A DNA stretch of 64,000 nucleotides, from the NCBI GenBank assembly GCA_021796115.1, contig JAJYOP010000003.1, forward strand, positions 7,155-71,154, written 5' to 3'. This DNA comes from a bacterium. GTDB lineage: Bacteria; Omnitrophota; Gorgyraeia; Duberdicusellales; 4484-171. The notes beneath the pieces are model-generated. The model searched no databases and had not been told where the DNA came from. It worked only from the letters and a program-made list of their open reading frames with translations. The translations under genes and the position numbers were made by a program. Shown here piece after piece: positions 17,151 to 27,691 of the stretch. How positions within the stretch are numbered: position 1 is the first letter of the stretch; every line of letters begins with the position of its first letter.

Positions 17151-18242
17151 ATGATTATACCGAAAGGATTTTTATTTTCCGGCATAAACTGCGGTTTAAA
17201 AGAAAACAAGCTCGATTTAGGGTTAATTTATTGCGAGAAGCCGGTAGAGGTAGTTGGTTTTTTTACGACCAATAAAAATGTTTCTTACTCGGTAACGGTG
17301 AGCAAGAATAATATCAAAAATCCGATTAAGGCAGTTTTAGCAAACAGCGGTAATGCCAATTGTTTTTCTCATAAAGAAGGTTTGAAAGATACGGAAAAAA
17401 TTACCGCAGAGCTTGCAAAATTATTAAAAGTTAATCAGAAAAATATTCTTATTGCTTCGACCGGCATTATCGGAAAAAAAATGCCGAAAGAAAAATTGAT
17501 TTCTTCGTTTCCAAAACTGATTAATGCAATAGAAAACAGTCCCGATAATTTCGCAAAAAGCATTATGACCACCGATACGGTTAAAAAGATAGCATATGCG
17601 AAAATAAATTTGAGCGAAAAAGGGCATATACTCGGGTTTGCTAAAGGCGCCGGAATGATTAGCCCGAATATGGCAACGATGTTGGGATTTATTCTTACGG
17701 ATGTGAGTCTTCCGAAGCAAATTCTAAAAAAAATCGCCTATGACGCTATTGACGAAAGTTTTAATTCTATAACTGTGGATGGCTGCATGAGCACCAACGA
17801 TACGGTTTTTGTTCTTTCAAGCGGAAGAGTAAAAACAAAGCATGCTGTCGAGATTAAACTTTTTTCCCAAAAGCTGAAAGAAGTATGTTTGTCTCTGGCA
17901 ACAATGATGGTTAGAGACGGCGAAGGCGCGACAAAGTTTATAAAAATATCGATAAAAGGCGCAAAGACAAAAGAGGAAGCCAGCAAGGCCGGGTTCTGTA
18001 TTGCCAATTCCAATCTTTTTAAATGCGCAATTTACGGCGCAAATCCAAACTGGGGAAGAATTATTGCGGCGATAGGCCATGCCGGCATTGCAGTTAAAGA
18101 AGGTATCCCCATAACGATGTCTGACCTTACAAAAAAAGATATTACTATTGATGTTGATTTGAAAAGGGGAAAATTTTCACAAACGATTTATACTTCGGAT
18201 TTAACTCCCGAGTACGTGAAGATAAATGCAGAATATAGTTAA
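17151..18242 (+). CDS. argJ: bifunctional ornithine acetyltransferase / N-acetylglutamate synthase
   Basis: 363 aa. KGAGMISPNMATMLGF (autocleavage site), DGCMSTNDT and NPNWGRI. Confidence 0.93.
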   Translation: MIIPKGFLFSGINCGLKENKLDLGLIYCEKPVEVVGFFTTNKNVSYSVTVSKNNIKNPIKAVLANSGNANCFSHKEGLKDTEKITAELAKLLKVNQKNILIASTGIIGKKMPKEKLISSFPKLINAIENSPDNFAKSIMTTDTVKKIAYAKINLSEKGHILGFAKGAGMISPNMATMLGFILTDVSLPKQILKKIAYDAIDESFNSITVDGCMSTNDTVFVLSSGRVKTKHAVEIKLFSQKLKEVCLSLATMMVRDGEGATKFIKISIKGAKTKEEASKAGFCIANSNLFKCAIYGANPNWGRIIAAIGHAGIAVKEGIPITMSDLTKKDITIDVDLKRGKFSQTIYTSDLTPEYVKINAEYS

Positions 18243-18246
18243 TATG

Positions 18247-18400
18247 AAATCCCAAATCACAAATTCCAATATTCTAAACATAAATCGTTTCGGTCATTGT
18301 AGTATTGGAATTTGGAGCTTATTTAGAATTTGTCCTTCGACAGGCTCAGGACAACCCTGAGCGAGTGAAAACGAGTCGAAGGGTTGGTACTTGGAATTTT
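18247..18400. repeat. AATTCCA-family element plus FDRLR-type nested hairpin
   Basis: aatccca aatcaca aattcca, then core ttctaaacataaatcgtttc, then ttggaat arm, then ccttcgac[gctcagg-acaa-cctgagc]...gtcgaagg. Confidence 0.75.
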
Positions 18401-18424
18401 TAATAATTATTAAGGAGTAGCGAA

Positions 18425-19276
18425 ATGGTAAAAGAAGCAATCAAGAAAGCAGATGTTTTAATCGAGGCATTGCCGTATATCAAAGAATTTCACAAAAAAA
18501 TATTTGTCATTAAATACGGCGGTTCAATATTATGCGAGGACAGGGTTCGTAAATCGGTTCTTGAGGATATAGTTTTCTTACGTTATACCGGCATCAGGCC
18601 TATACTTGTCCATGGCGGAGGCCCGAATATTACGGAGAAACTCAAAGAACATAAAATTACGACAGAATTTGTCGATGGTATGCGGGTTACGGACAAGTTT
18701 ACGCTAAAAATCGTTGAGGAAGAACTTAACGAGTTGAATGATTTAATCGTTCGGGAAATTAGTGCCTATGGCGCAAATGCAACAGGATTTAAAAGAGAAG
18801 ACGAACTCCTTTCTGCGGTGAAGAAGCGCAGCAAGCAAGATTTAGGTCTTGTTGGTGAGGTTGTTGGGATGGATGAGGTAAAATTAAAAAAAGCCCTCGA
18901 AACATCTATACCGGTAATCACTCCGATGGGCGTTTCCAAAGACGGCGATGCTTACAATATCAATGCCGATGATGTAGCATTTTTCCTGGCTTCACAGCTT
19001 AAAGCGGAAAAGCTTGTTCTTTTGACTAATATTTTAGGGGTTATGCGCAATCCTCAAGACGAGAGTTCGCTTATCCCGACGATAACCATGAAAAATGCCG
19101 AAGAACTAATCGAGAAGAAAGTAATCAGCGAAGGCATGATACCGAAAGTGCGTGCTGCAGTAAAATCAATCGAAGAAGGCGTTGGCAAAGCCCATATCGT
19201 TGACGCAAAAATTCCGCACGCCATAATGCTTGAAATTTTCACCAACGAAGGAATTGGAACGGAGATAATAAAATGA
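18425..19276 (+). CDS. argB: acetylglutamate kinase
   Basis: 283 aa. FVIKYGGS, LVHGGGP and NINADD. Confidence 0.95.
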   Translation: MVKEAIKKADVLIEALPYIKEFHKKIFVIKYGGSILCEDRVRKSVLEDIVFLRYTGIRPILVHGGGPNITEKLKEHKITTEFVDGMRVTDKFTLKIVEEELNELNDLIVREISAYGANATGFKREDELLSAVKKRSKQDLGLVGEVVGMDEVKLKKALETSIPVITPMGVSKDGDAYNINADDVAFFLASQLKAEKLVLLTNILGVMRNPQDESSLIPTITMKNAEELIEKKVISEGMIPKVRAAVKSIEEGVGKAHIVDAKIPHAIMLEIFTNEGIGTEIIK

Positions 19277-20460
19277 ATGCCGAAGAAACAAAAAACTTAT
19301 TTACGCAATATTCGCTTAATACCTACAAACGGGTAGGGCCGGTTTTTGTTAAAGGAAAGGGAAGCTTTCTCTGGGATAGTGCGGGAAAAAAATATCTGGA
19401 TTTATTTCCCGGGTGGGGAGTTTCCATACTTGGTCACTGCCATCCCGGGGTTGTCAGGGCAATTAAAGAGCAGGCTAAGAAGCTTATCCATTTGCCGAAT
19501 AATCTTTTTCAGGAAGAGCAAGCTTTATTAGCCGAGAAAATCGTTAAAAGCACTTTTCCGTCCAAAGTATTTTTTGCTAATTCCGGAGCCGAAGCCATTG
19601 AGAGTGCGATTAAATTAACCAGGCTTTATGGTAAAGAAACCGGCAGGTTTGAAATAATTACCATGAAGAATTCGTTTCATGGACGGACATTCGGCGCGCT
19701 TTCGGCAACCGGTCAGGCAAAATATAAAGAGCCGTTTCAACCTATATTGCCGGGTTTTAAGGAAGCGGAATTCAACAATTTTGAAAGTTTTAAAGCACAA
19801 GTTACATCTAAAACCGTTGCGGTAATGCTTGAATTAATACAAGGTGAAGGCGGTGTAAACATTGCTTCAAAAGAATACGTAAAGAATTTGAACGATTTTT
19901 GCAAGGCCAATAAAATGCTTTTAATTATTGATGAGGTTCAGACCGGTATGGCCAGAACGAATAAATTATTTTGCTACCAGAACTATGACATCATTCCGGA
20001 TGCTTTTGTGATATCCAAGGGTCTTGGCGCAGGAGTGCCAACTTCGGCCTTTGTTGTAAAAGATGAGCATGCGAATTTATTCCAACCGGGCTTACATGCT
20101 TCGACGTTCGGCGGCTCACCATTAGTAACGAAAGTGTCTTTGGAAGTATTTAAAATTATCGAAGAAGAGAAGATTCTCGAAAACACAAAAAGCATGGGTG
20201 ACTATCTGCTTGACAATTTGAATAAGCTGAAAAAGAAATTTTCTTTCATAAAAGAAGCGCGGGGATTAGGCCTTATGACTGCCTTAGAATTGGATGTCGA
20301 TTCTTTCCCAATTTTTACGAAAGCGATGGAGGAAGGATTGATAATAAATTCAACGCACGGCACAGTGTTAAGGATTATGCCGGCGCTTAATGTTAAAAAG
20401 AGAGAATTGGATAAAGGGTTACGAATATTAAAGAGTATTTTAAACACGGTAAAATCATGA
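19273..20460 (+). CDS. argD: acetylornithine aminotransferase
   Basis: 395 aa. Class-III aminotransferase with FANSGAEA, IIDEVQTGMARTN and ISKGLGAG. Sits in the arg cluster. Confidence 0.9.
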   Translation: MNAEETKNLFTQYSLNTYKRVGPVFVKGKGSFLWDSAGKKYLDLFPGWGVSILGHCHPGVVRAIKEQAKKLIHLPNNLFQEEQALLAEKIVKSTFPSKVFFANSGAEAIESAIKLTRLYGKETGRFEIITMKNSFHGRTFGALSATGQAKYKEPFQPILPGFKEAEFNNFESFKAQVTSKTVAVMLELIQGEGGVNIASKEYVKNLNDFCKANKMLLIIDEVQTGMARTNKLFCYQNYDIIPDAFVISKGLGAGVPTSAFVVKDEHANLFQPGLHASTFGGSPLVTKVSLEVFKIIEEEKILENTKSMGDYLLDNLNKLKKKFSFIKEARGLGLMTALELDVDSFPIFTKAMEEGLIINSTHGTVLRIMPALNVKKRELDKGLRILKSILNTVKS

Positions 20461-21377
20461 TTAGGCATTTTATCTCCCTAAAAAGTTTTTCAAAACCGGA
20501 TATCTATAAGCTGATAAACCTTGCTTTGGATATCAAAAGAAATCCCGCAAGATATAAAGACGTTCTTTGCGGAAAGTGCGTCGGGCTTTTCTTTGAAAAA
20601 CCATCATTAAGAACCAAAGCTGCTTTTTGCGTGGGGACTGTCCAGCTTGGTGGCCAGGCGGTTTACTACGCACCGGAAGAGGTTCAGCTTGGAAAGCGAG
20701 AGGCAATTTCAGATGTCAGCCGCACAGTATCACGGTTTTTTGATGCCGCAGTTTTTCGAACTTTTGCCCATGAGAGCATTTTAGAATTTGCAAAAATGTC
20801 ATCAGTACCGGTAATAAACGCTTTAAGCGATGCTATGCACCCGTCGCAGATACTCGGCGATTTGGTGACAATGTGTGAGCTAAAAGGCGATGTCGAGAAA
20901 CTAAAGATTGCTTATATCGGCGACAGTAATAACGTTTGTACATCGCTTATCCATGCTTTTGCGATACTGGGCGGAAATCTTACTATCGCAAGTCCAAAAG
21001 GCTATCAGCCGGATAAAAAAATTCTGGAGGAAATCAGTGAATGCACAAAAAATTCAGGCGCAAAGTTAAATATTCTAACTTCGGCAGAAGAAGCGGCAAA
21101 AGGTGCTGATGTTTTATACACCGATGTCTGGACCTCAATGGGCCAGGAAAAAGAAAAAGCCAAAAGAAAGAAAATTTTCAGCAAATTCCAGATAAATGAC
21201 AAAATTTTAGGTTTAGCGAAAAAAGATTGTATTGTGATGCATTGCCTTCCGGCGCACCGAGGCGAAGAAATTACCGATAGCGTTATGGAGGGCAAAAATT
21301 CGCAGGTTTTCTTGCAGGCGGAAAATAGATTGCATACTGCAAAAGCAATTTTAGTTTACGCTTTTAAGGGAATATAG
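20457..21377 (+). CDS. argF: ornithine carbamoyltransferase
   Basis: 306 aa. SLRTKAAF, DVWTSMG and HCLPAHRGEE. Confidence 0.93.
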   Translation: MIRHFISLKSFSKPDIYKLINLALDIKRNPARYKDVLCGKCVGLFFEKPSLRTKAAFCVGTVQLGGQAVYYAPEEVQLGKREAISDVSRTVSRFFDAAVFRTFAHESILEFAKMSSVPVINALSDAMHPSQILGDLVTMCELKGDVEKLKIAYIGDSNNVCTSLIHAFAILGGNLTIASPKGYQPDKKILEEISECTKNSGAKLNILTSAEEAAKGADVLYTDVWTSMGQEKEKAKRKKIFSKFQINDKILGLAKKDCIVMHCLPAHRGEEITDSVMEGKNSQVFLQAENRLHTAKAILVYAFKGI

Positions 21378-21382
21378 TTATA

Positions 21383-21522
21383 AAATTCCAAATCACAAAT
21401 TCCAAGCACCAAATAAATTCCAATGACCGAAATTCCAATGTTCTAAACATAAATCGTTTCAGCCATTGGAACATTGGAATTTGGAACTTATTTGGAATTT
21501 GGTGCTTGGAACTTGGAATTTT
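21383..21522. repeat. AATTCCA/TTGGAAT long imperfect hairpin (arms about 58 nt)
   Basis: Left arm aattcca aatcaca aattcca agcacca. Core ttctaaacataaatcgtttc. Right arm ttggaat ttggtgc ttggaac ttggaat. The argG SD follows directly. Confidence 0.8.
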
Positions 21523-21537
21523 CAAATAGGAGGATAA

Positions 21538-22707
21538 ATGAAGAAAGTCGTGCTTGCTTATTCAGGAGGTTTAGATACTTCCTGCTGTATACAGTGGTTA
21601 AAGGATAAAGGTTTTGATGTTGTTTGTTTCTCGGCGAATTTAGGCAGTGAGTTCTCGCCACAAGATTTAAAAAGGCGGGCAAGTAAAAGTGGCGCGTCAA
21701 AAATCTACGTTAAAGATTTACGCAAAGAATTTGCCTATGATTATATTTTACCTTGGCTTAAGGTGGGGGCTTTATATGAAGGAAAATACGTTTTAAGTAC
21801 GAGCTTGGGCAGGCCTCTTATTGCCAAACATTTAGTTGATGTGGCAAAAAAAGAAAAAGCCGGTTTTGTTGCGCATGGCTGTACTGGCAAAGGCAATGAC
21901 CAGGTTCGGTTTGAAGCAACAACCGCGATTTTGGCACCGCATATTAAGACTATCGCACCTTTAAGAGAATGGGAACTAACCTCAAGAGAGGAAGAGATAG
22001 AATACTGTAAACGGCACGGCATTCCTATAAAGACAACCAAGAAAAAAGTTTACAGTATCGATAAAAATATTTGGGGTGTAAGTGTTGAAGGCGGTTGCCT
22101 TGAGGATTTAAAGAATGAGCCTCCGGAAAATTCCTATTACTTTGTTAAGCCGCTCGCTAAAATAAAAGACAAAGCGGTTTATGTCGAAATCGAATTTAAT
22201 AAAGGTGTGCCAGTAAAATTAAACGGCAAAGCTATAGATTTTAATTCGATAATTGATAAATTAAATGCAGTTGGTGCAGAAAATGGTATTGGCAGAACTG
22301 ATTGTATTGAGGATAGGGTTGTTGGTATTAAATCAAGGGAAATTTACGAAGCACCAGCAGCATGGATTTTATACACTGCACATAAAGAATTGGAGGCAGT
22401 TACCTTGGACAGGGAAACCTTATTTTTCAAGGAAATAGTTGCGCAGAAATATTCGCACCTGGTATACCAGGGGCTTTGGTTTACGAAACTAAAAGAATCT
22501 TTGGATGCGTTTATCGAAGATACGCAAAAAAATGTCTCCGGCAACGTAACGCTTAAACTTTACAAAGGAAACATAATTCTTGCTAAGAGAAGCTCCATGA
22601 ATTCTTTATACAAAAAAGAATTGTCAACCTATGGCGAGGGCGATAAGTTCGACCGGACACTTGCCGAAGGATTTATAAAACTCTGGGCAATGCCGCATCA
22701 GCGGTAA
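21538..22707 (+). CDS. argG: argininosuccinate synthase
   Basis: 389 aa. VLAYSGGLDTS, AHGCTGKGNDQVRFE. Confidence 0.95.
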   Translation: MKKVVLAYSGGLDTSCCIQWLKDKGFDVVCFSANLGSEFSPQDLKRRASKSGASKIYVKDLRKEFAYDYILPWLKVGALYEGKYVLSTSLGRPLIAKHLVDVAKKEKAGFVAHGCTGKGNDQVRFEATTAILAPHIKTIAPLREWELTSREEEIEYCKRHGIPIKTTKKKVYSIDKNIWGVSVEGGCLEDLKNEPPENSYYFVKPLAKIKDKAVYVEIEFNKGVPVKLNGKAIDFNSIIDKLNAVGAENGIGRTDCIEDRVVGIKSREIYEAPAAWILYTAHKELEAVTLDRETLFFKEIVAQKYSHLVYQGLWFTKLKESLDAFIEDTQKNVSGNVTLKLYKGNIILAKRSSMNSLYKKELSTYGEGDKFDRTLAEGFIKLWAMPHQR

Positions 22708-22734
22708 AGTAGAAAGTAAAGAGTAGAGAGAGGT
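22707..22734. repeat. AGTARAG heptamer array (direct only)
   Basis: aagtaga aagtaaa gagtaga gagaggt in phase. Same word as 53792-53822. Confidence 0.6.
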
Positions 22735-22738
22735 AAAT

Positions 22739-24118
22739 ATGGCGAAGAAATTGTGGGGAACAAGGTTTGCAAAAAAAACCAATCGTCTGACTGATAAGTT
22801 TACATCAAGCATTATTTTTGACAAGGAATTGGCAGAATACGATATTCTTGGTAGCATCGCTCATGCCAAAATGCTTGGGAAGCAGGGAATTATACCGTCA
22901 AAAGACGCGGCTTTAATCGTTAAGGGGCTTACTTCGATTTTAAAAGACGTAACCAGCGGTAAATTTAAATTCGATTTAAACGCTGAAGACGTGCATTCAA
23001 ATATTCAGGAAGCTTTGTCAAAGAAAGTTGGCCATGCCGCAGATAAGCTGCATACTGCTCGTTCAAGGAATGATCAAATAGCCTTAGATGTCAGGATGTA
23101 TTTAAAGGACAAGATTGATGCGATAGAGAATTTAATTAAGTTATTGCAAAAATCAATCGTTACTTGTGCAAAGAATAATTTAAAAGTGATTATCCCCGGC
23201 TATACTCATCTGCAAAGTGCACAATGTGTTCTTCTTGCACATCATTTACTTGCATATGTGGAGGGTCTAGAAAGAGATAAAGAAAGACTTTCTGATGCTT
23301 ACAAAAGGGTTGATGAGATGCCGCTGGGAAGTGGTGCTTTATCGGGAACCAGCCTAAGAATCCAAAGGGATTATGTAAAGAATGAACTTGACTTCAATAG
23401 TGTTACGGAAAATAGTATAGACAGTGTAAGCGACAGGGACTTTATAATAGAAGTGCTCGCGGATCTTTCGATACTCGCCGTGCATTTGTCAAGGATCTCT
23501 GAAGACTTAATACTTTGGTCAACAAGAGAGTTCAATTTCATAGACATTGACTTTTCTTTTTGTACCGGTTCAAGTATCATGCCGCATAAGAAAAATCCTG
23601 ACGTGCTTGAATTGATAAGAGGTTCTGTCGGAAAGATTCACGGTGATTGTTCAAGCGTACTCATACTGATGAAGGGGCTTCCGCTTTCCTATAACAGGGA
23701 TTTACAGCTGGATAAGCCGCCGCTTTTTAATGCGGTTGAAACCATAAAGAGCATGTTGGGAATTTTTATTGAGCTTTTCAAGAATATCAAAATGAAAAAA
23801 GAAACAATTGCCGTACGGCTTAATGATGAATCTTTATTTTCTGTTGATATAGTCGAATATTTAATCAGGAAAGGCGTATCTTACCGGCAGGCTCACGATA
23901 TTGTCGGTAAAATGGTCCGGGATTGTCTGGATAAAGGTAAAAATATATCCCGCCTGTCATCGCAGGAATTAAAAAGATACAGCCCAAAACTTGATGCGGA
24001 CGTAAAAGATATATTGAATGCCTGGGTTTCGGTTAATTTGAAAAGTTCCTACGGCTCAACAAATCCTAAATTAGTGGAAAGACAATTAATTATCTGGTCT
24101 AAAAAATTAAAACACTGA
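22739..24118 (+). CDS. argH: argininosuccinate lyase
   Basis: 459 aa. HTARSRNDQ and GSSIMPHKKNPD. Confidence 0.95.
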   Translation: MAKKLWGTRFAKKTNRLTDKFTSSIIFDKELAEYDILGSIAHAKMLGKQGIIPSKDAALIVKGLTSILKDVTSGKFKFDLNAEDVHSNIQEALSKKVGHAADKLHTARSRNDQIALDVRMYLKDKIDAIENLIKLLQKSIVTCAKNNLKVIIPGYTHLQSAQCVLLAHHLLAYVEGLERDKERLSDAYKRVDEMPLGSGALSGTSLRIQRDYVKNELDFNSVTENSIDSVSDRDFIIEVLADLSILAVHLSRISEDLILWSTREFNFIDIDFSFCTGSSIMPHKKNPDVLELIRGSVGKIHGDCSSVLILMKGLPLSYNRDLQLDKPPLFNAVETIKSMLGIFIELFKNIKMKKETIAVRLNDESLFSVDIVEYLIRKGVSYRQAHDIVGKMVRDCLDKGKNISRLSSQELKRYSPKLDADVKDILNAWVSVNLKSSYGSTNPKLVERQLIIWSKKLKH

Positions 24119-24172
24119 TTGAAAATATACAGTTTACCAATCAGTGTATCATCCCTAATCAGTGTAAAAAAG

Positions 24173-25426
24173 ATGCACGACTTTAAGTATAAAAACAATA
24201 AACTTTTTTGCGAAAAAGTGGAAGTGACGAAACTTGCAAGGCAATACGGCACGCCGCTTTATGTTTACAGCTATTCCACTTTGATTAGCCATTATTTAAA
24301 ACTAAAAGAAGCATTTAAAGAGGTTAACCCGCTGATTTGCTATTCAGTAAAAGCAAATTCTAATTTATCGATTCTTAAAGCGCTCGTTGATAAAGGCGCA
24401 GGGCTTGATATTGTTTCCGGTGGCGAGCTTTTCCGTGCAATAAAGGCTGGATGCCCGGCAAATAGAATCGTTTATGCATCAGTCGGAAAAACCGACGGCG
24501 AAATCAGAGTTTCGATCAAGCGTGGAATTTTATTTTTTAATGCGGAATCTCTGGCCGAGCTCGATAACATCAATCGCATCGCCAAAATTTTCGGAAAAAC
24601 TACGAATGTGACAATCAGGATAAATCCCGATGTTGAGCCAAAAACGCACAAATTTATTACCACGGGCAAAATTACCAACAAATTCGGCATAGATTTTGAA
24701 ACTGCGGCGAAAATTTTTGCCGAACGCAAGAAATTCGGAAACTTACGAATTTGCGGTATACATATTCACATTGGTTCGCAGATCACCGAAACCGCGCCGT
24801 ATGTGGCAGCTGTACTAAAGGTAACTGATTTTATAAAAAGATTAAAAGGCCAGAATATAAACCTGGAATGCTTTAATATCGGCGGCGGCCTGGGTATAAT
24901 TTACGACAAAGAAAATGCCCAGACCGCAGAAAAATTTGCTAAAGAAGTTTTACCACTGCTAAAGAAGACCGGTTTAAAAATCATCATCGAACCGGGAAGG
25001 TTTATTGCCGGCAATGCCGGGATTCTCGTGGCAAAAGCTTTATACATAAAGTCCACACCATCTAAAAAATTCGTCATCGTCGATGCCGGAATGAATGATT
25101 TAATCCGGCCGGCATTATATGAAGCATACCATCAATTGCTTCCTTTAGAGCAGGTCAAATCCAGAGAAAAAGAGGTGGCGGATGTGGTTGGTCCGATTTG
25201 CGAAAGCTCGGATTATTTTGCCAAAGAAAGGCTTATACCTGAAGTTAATGCCGGTGAATATCTTGCGGTGATGGGTGCAGGTGCTTATGGCTTTAGCATG
25301 GCATCGAACTACAATTCCCGCCGGCGCCCGGCAGAAGTTCTCGTCAAAGGAAACAAAGCCTTTCTCATCCGTAAACGGGAAAGTTTTCTCCATTTAATCG
25401 AAAACGAGAACCTGATTAATCTGTAA
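24173..25426 (+). CDS. lysA: diaminopimelate decarboxylase
   Basis: 417 aa from the ATG at 24173 (MHDFKYK). The track ORF begins at 24119 but that leader is repeat DNA (aatcagtgta x2). YSVKAN, GGGLGI and CESSD. Confidence 0.92.
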   Translation: MHDFKYKNNKLFCEKVEVTKLARQYGTPLYVYSYSTLISHYLKLKEAFKEVNPLICYSVKANSNLSILKALVDKGAGLDIVSGGELFRAIKAGCPANRIVYASVGKTDGEIRVSIKRGILFFNAESLAELDNINRIAKIFGKTTNVTIRINPDVEPKTHKFITTGKITNKFGIDFETAAKIFAERKKFGNLRICGIHIHIGSQITETAPYVAAVLKVTDFIKRLKGQNINLECFNIGGGLGIIYDKENAQTAEKFAKEVLPLLKKTGLKIIIEPGRFIAGNAGILVAKALYIKSTPSKKFVIVDAGMNDLIRPALYEAYHQLLPLEQVKSREKEVADVVGPICESSDYFAKERLIPEVNAGEYLAVMGAGAYGFSMASNYNSRRRPAEVLVKGNKAFLIRKRESFLHLIENENLINL

Positions 25427-26262
25427 TGAAAATGAAAAAAATAGAATTTACAAAGATGGTTGCTGCGGGTAACGACTTCGTTGTTGTGGTCGACAGTCGA
25501 CAATTCATAGCCCGCTGGTCTTTGAACAGGTTAGCAGTAAAGATGTGCGATAGAAAGTATGGTGTTGGCGCAGATGGCTTGCTTATAATTGGAAAATCAA
25601 ACAAAGCCGACATTAGAATGCGCATTTTTAATGCCGACGGCTCAGAAGCAGAAATGTGTGGTAATGGCGCGCGGTGTGCGGCATTCTGGATGGCCAACAG
25701 CCGGCACTCAACAGCCCACAGACCGGGAAATATAAAAATAGAAACGAAAGCAGGGATTGTTGAGTCAATAATGAACGGAGGTAATGCAAAAATCAGGATT
25801 ACAGAGCCGAAAGATATAAGATTAAATGTTCCAATTATGGTGAATGGCCGAAAATTAAAAGTGAATTTTGTAAATACCGGCGTGCCGCACGCAATCGTTT
25901 TTGTTCAGGGCTTAGAGAAGATAGACGTGGATAATATCGGGAAAGTCATCCGTTATCATCCGGAATTTCTGCCGTCCGGCACAAATGTAGATTTTGTCGA
26001 AGTCGTTGACGATGATTTTATAAAAGTGCGTACCTATGAGAGGGGAGTTGAAGATGAAACCCTTGCTTGCGGTACTGGTTCAATTGCGTCAGCGATTATT
26101 TCAGCGTTGAGGGTACAGGGTACAGGATACAGCAAAATTGAGGTTGAAACAAGAGGCGGAGAAACATTAAAAGTTTTCTTTAATAAGCAAGGCACAAAAA
26201 TAAGCGATGTCTGGCTTGAAGGTTTAGCGAAAATAGTTTACAAGGGGGTATTCTATGTTTAA
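25426..26262 (+). CDS. dapF: diaminopimelate epimerase
   Basis: 278 aa. AAGNDF, MCGNGARC and ACGTGS (two catalytic Cys). Confidence 0.93.
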   Translation: MKMKKIEFTKMVAAGNDFVVVVDSRQFIARWSLNRLAVKMCDRKYGVGADGLLIIGKSNKADIRMRIFNADGSEAEMCGNGARCAAFWMANSRHSTAHRPGNIKIETKAGIVESIMNGGNAKIRITEPKDIRLNVPIMVNGRKLKVNFVNTGVPHAIVFVQGLEKIDVDNIGKVIRYHPEFLPSGTNVDFVEVVDDDFIKVRTYERGVEDETLACGTGSIASAIISALRVQGTGYSKIEVETRGGETLKVFFNKQGTKISDVWLEGLAKIVYKGVFYV

Positions 26263-27130
26263 GGGCTCAATCGTTGCCTTAGTTACGCCGTTTTCCGGCG
26301 ATAAAATTGATGAAAAAACTATAAGAAAGCTTATAGAGTTTCACATAAAAAATGGCACATCAGCGATTGTTCCGTGCGGAACAACCGGTGAATCTGCGAC
26401 ACTGACTTATGAAGAGCATGATAGAGTCATCGAGGTGTGCATTGAAGCGGCAGGAGGAAGAATTCCGATTATTGCTGGTACTGGCTCAAACTCAACTGCC
26501 GAAGCAATAATGATGACCAAGCATGCGGAGAAAGCAGGCGCTAACGCAACATTGCAAGTTGCGCCTTATTATAATAAGCCGACCCAAAAGGGTTTATATG
26601 AGCATTTCAAAGCGGTTTCGGAAAGCATAAAATTTCCAATTATGCTTTACAATATTGCTTCGCGCACCGGAGTTAATATTGAGCCGGAGACAATCGCGAA
26701 ATTAGCACGTGATTGCAAAAATATTGTTGCTGTAAAAGAGGCTTCGGGAAATTTAGAACAAATGTTACGCGTAAAAGCTTTATGTGGAAAAGATTTTGAT
26801 TTGCTTTCCGGCGATGATGCGTTAACTTTACCGGTTTTAAGTATCGGCGGAACAGGGGTAATTTCTGTTGTGGCAAATATTGTGCCGCAGGATGTTACGG
26901 ATTTAGTAAGCGCATTCGAAAAAGGGGAACTCGAAAAAGCCGAAAATCTTAACCTCAAACTTTTACCTTTGACAAAGGCGATGTTTATCGAAACAAACCC
27001 TATACCAGTTAAGACAGCAATGGGATTGATGAAACTTTGCGAACCCGATTTAAGACTGCCGATGTGTTCGATGCTGGCAGAGAATGAAGCAAAATTAAAA
27101 AAGGCAATGAAAGATTATGGATTATTGTAA
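26255..27130 (+). CDS. dapA: 4-hydroxy-tetrahydrodipicolinate synthase
   Basis: 291 aa. PCGTTGES, YNKP and VKEASG. Confidence 0.95.
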   Translation: MFKGSIVALVTPFSGDKIDEKTIRKLIEFHIKNGTSAIVPCGTTGESATLTYEEHDRVIEVCIEAAGGRIPIIAGTGSNSTAEAIMMTKHAEKAGANATLQVAPYYNKPTQKGLYEHFKAVSESIKFPIMLYNIASRTGVNIEPETIAKLARDCKNIVAVKEASGNLEQMLRVKALCGKDFDLLSGDDALTLPVLSIGGTGVISVVANIVPQDVTDLVSAFEKGELEKAENLNLKLLPLTKAMFIETNPIPVKTAMGLMKLCEPDLRLPMCSMLAENEAKLKKAMKDYGLL

Positions 27131-27170
27131 AAATTTAAAGTTTATTCGCAAAGTTTTGAAACAAGAAAAG

Positions 27171-27659
27171 ATGATAGCAAAGGCAGGAACGTGGTTTATA
27201 GTTTTTCATTTGGTGGTTATGAACATTTTGTCTGCCGGCGAGGTTTTGAGTCCCCAAAAAAAAGAAGCCATAGCAGAGGCAATATTCAGGTATGAAATGG
27301 CAAGAAGCAAGGCTCCCGACGCAGATGAGCGTTACAGCAAAAAATTGATAGCCGGACCTTACGATATGCTAATTGAAAATCATGAGGTTAGTTTCGACCT
27401 TGAGAAAAAGCTTGAGCACGCTTTTCCTTTAGTTTTCGATCCCTCAAAAGCACGCGAGACGATTTCCCTCGAAACTTTTGAATTTTTGGATAACTCGAAA
27501 TCCAAAGTTAAAGTAACCGGCACAATTATTTACGGTTTCGTTACGAAATATGCGGAAACGACAGTCTACTATGAATTAGAAGAGGCTAACGGCGTCTGGC
27601 AAGTAAAAAACGGCTATATTCGCGACCGGTCTACGTGGGATGAGTTAATGAAAATTTAA
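27171..27659 (+). CDS. hypothetical exported protein embedded in the dap cluster
   Basis: 162 aa from ATG 27171 (alternative start 27117). N-terminal hydrophobic segment. C-terminus looks NTF2/SnoaL-like (weak impression only). Confidence 0.5.
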   Translation: MIAKAGTWFIVFHLVVMNILSAGEVLSPQKKEAIAEAIFRYEMARSKAPDADERYSKKLIAGPYDMLIENHEVSFDLEKKLEHAFPLVFDPSKARETISLETFEFLDNSKSKVKVTGTIIYGFVTKYAETTVYYELEEANGVWQVKNGYIRDRSTWDELMKI

Positions 27660-27691
27660 CTTCGAGAGATTTATTTTTTAGGGGAATAAAA

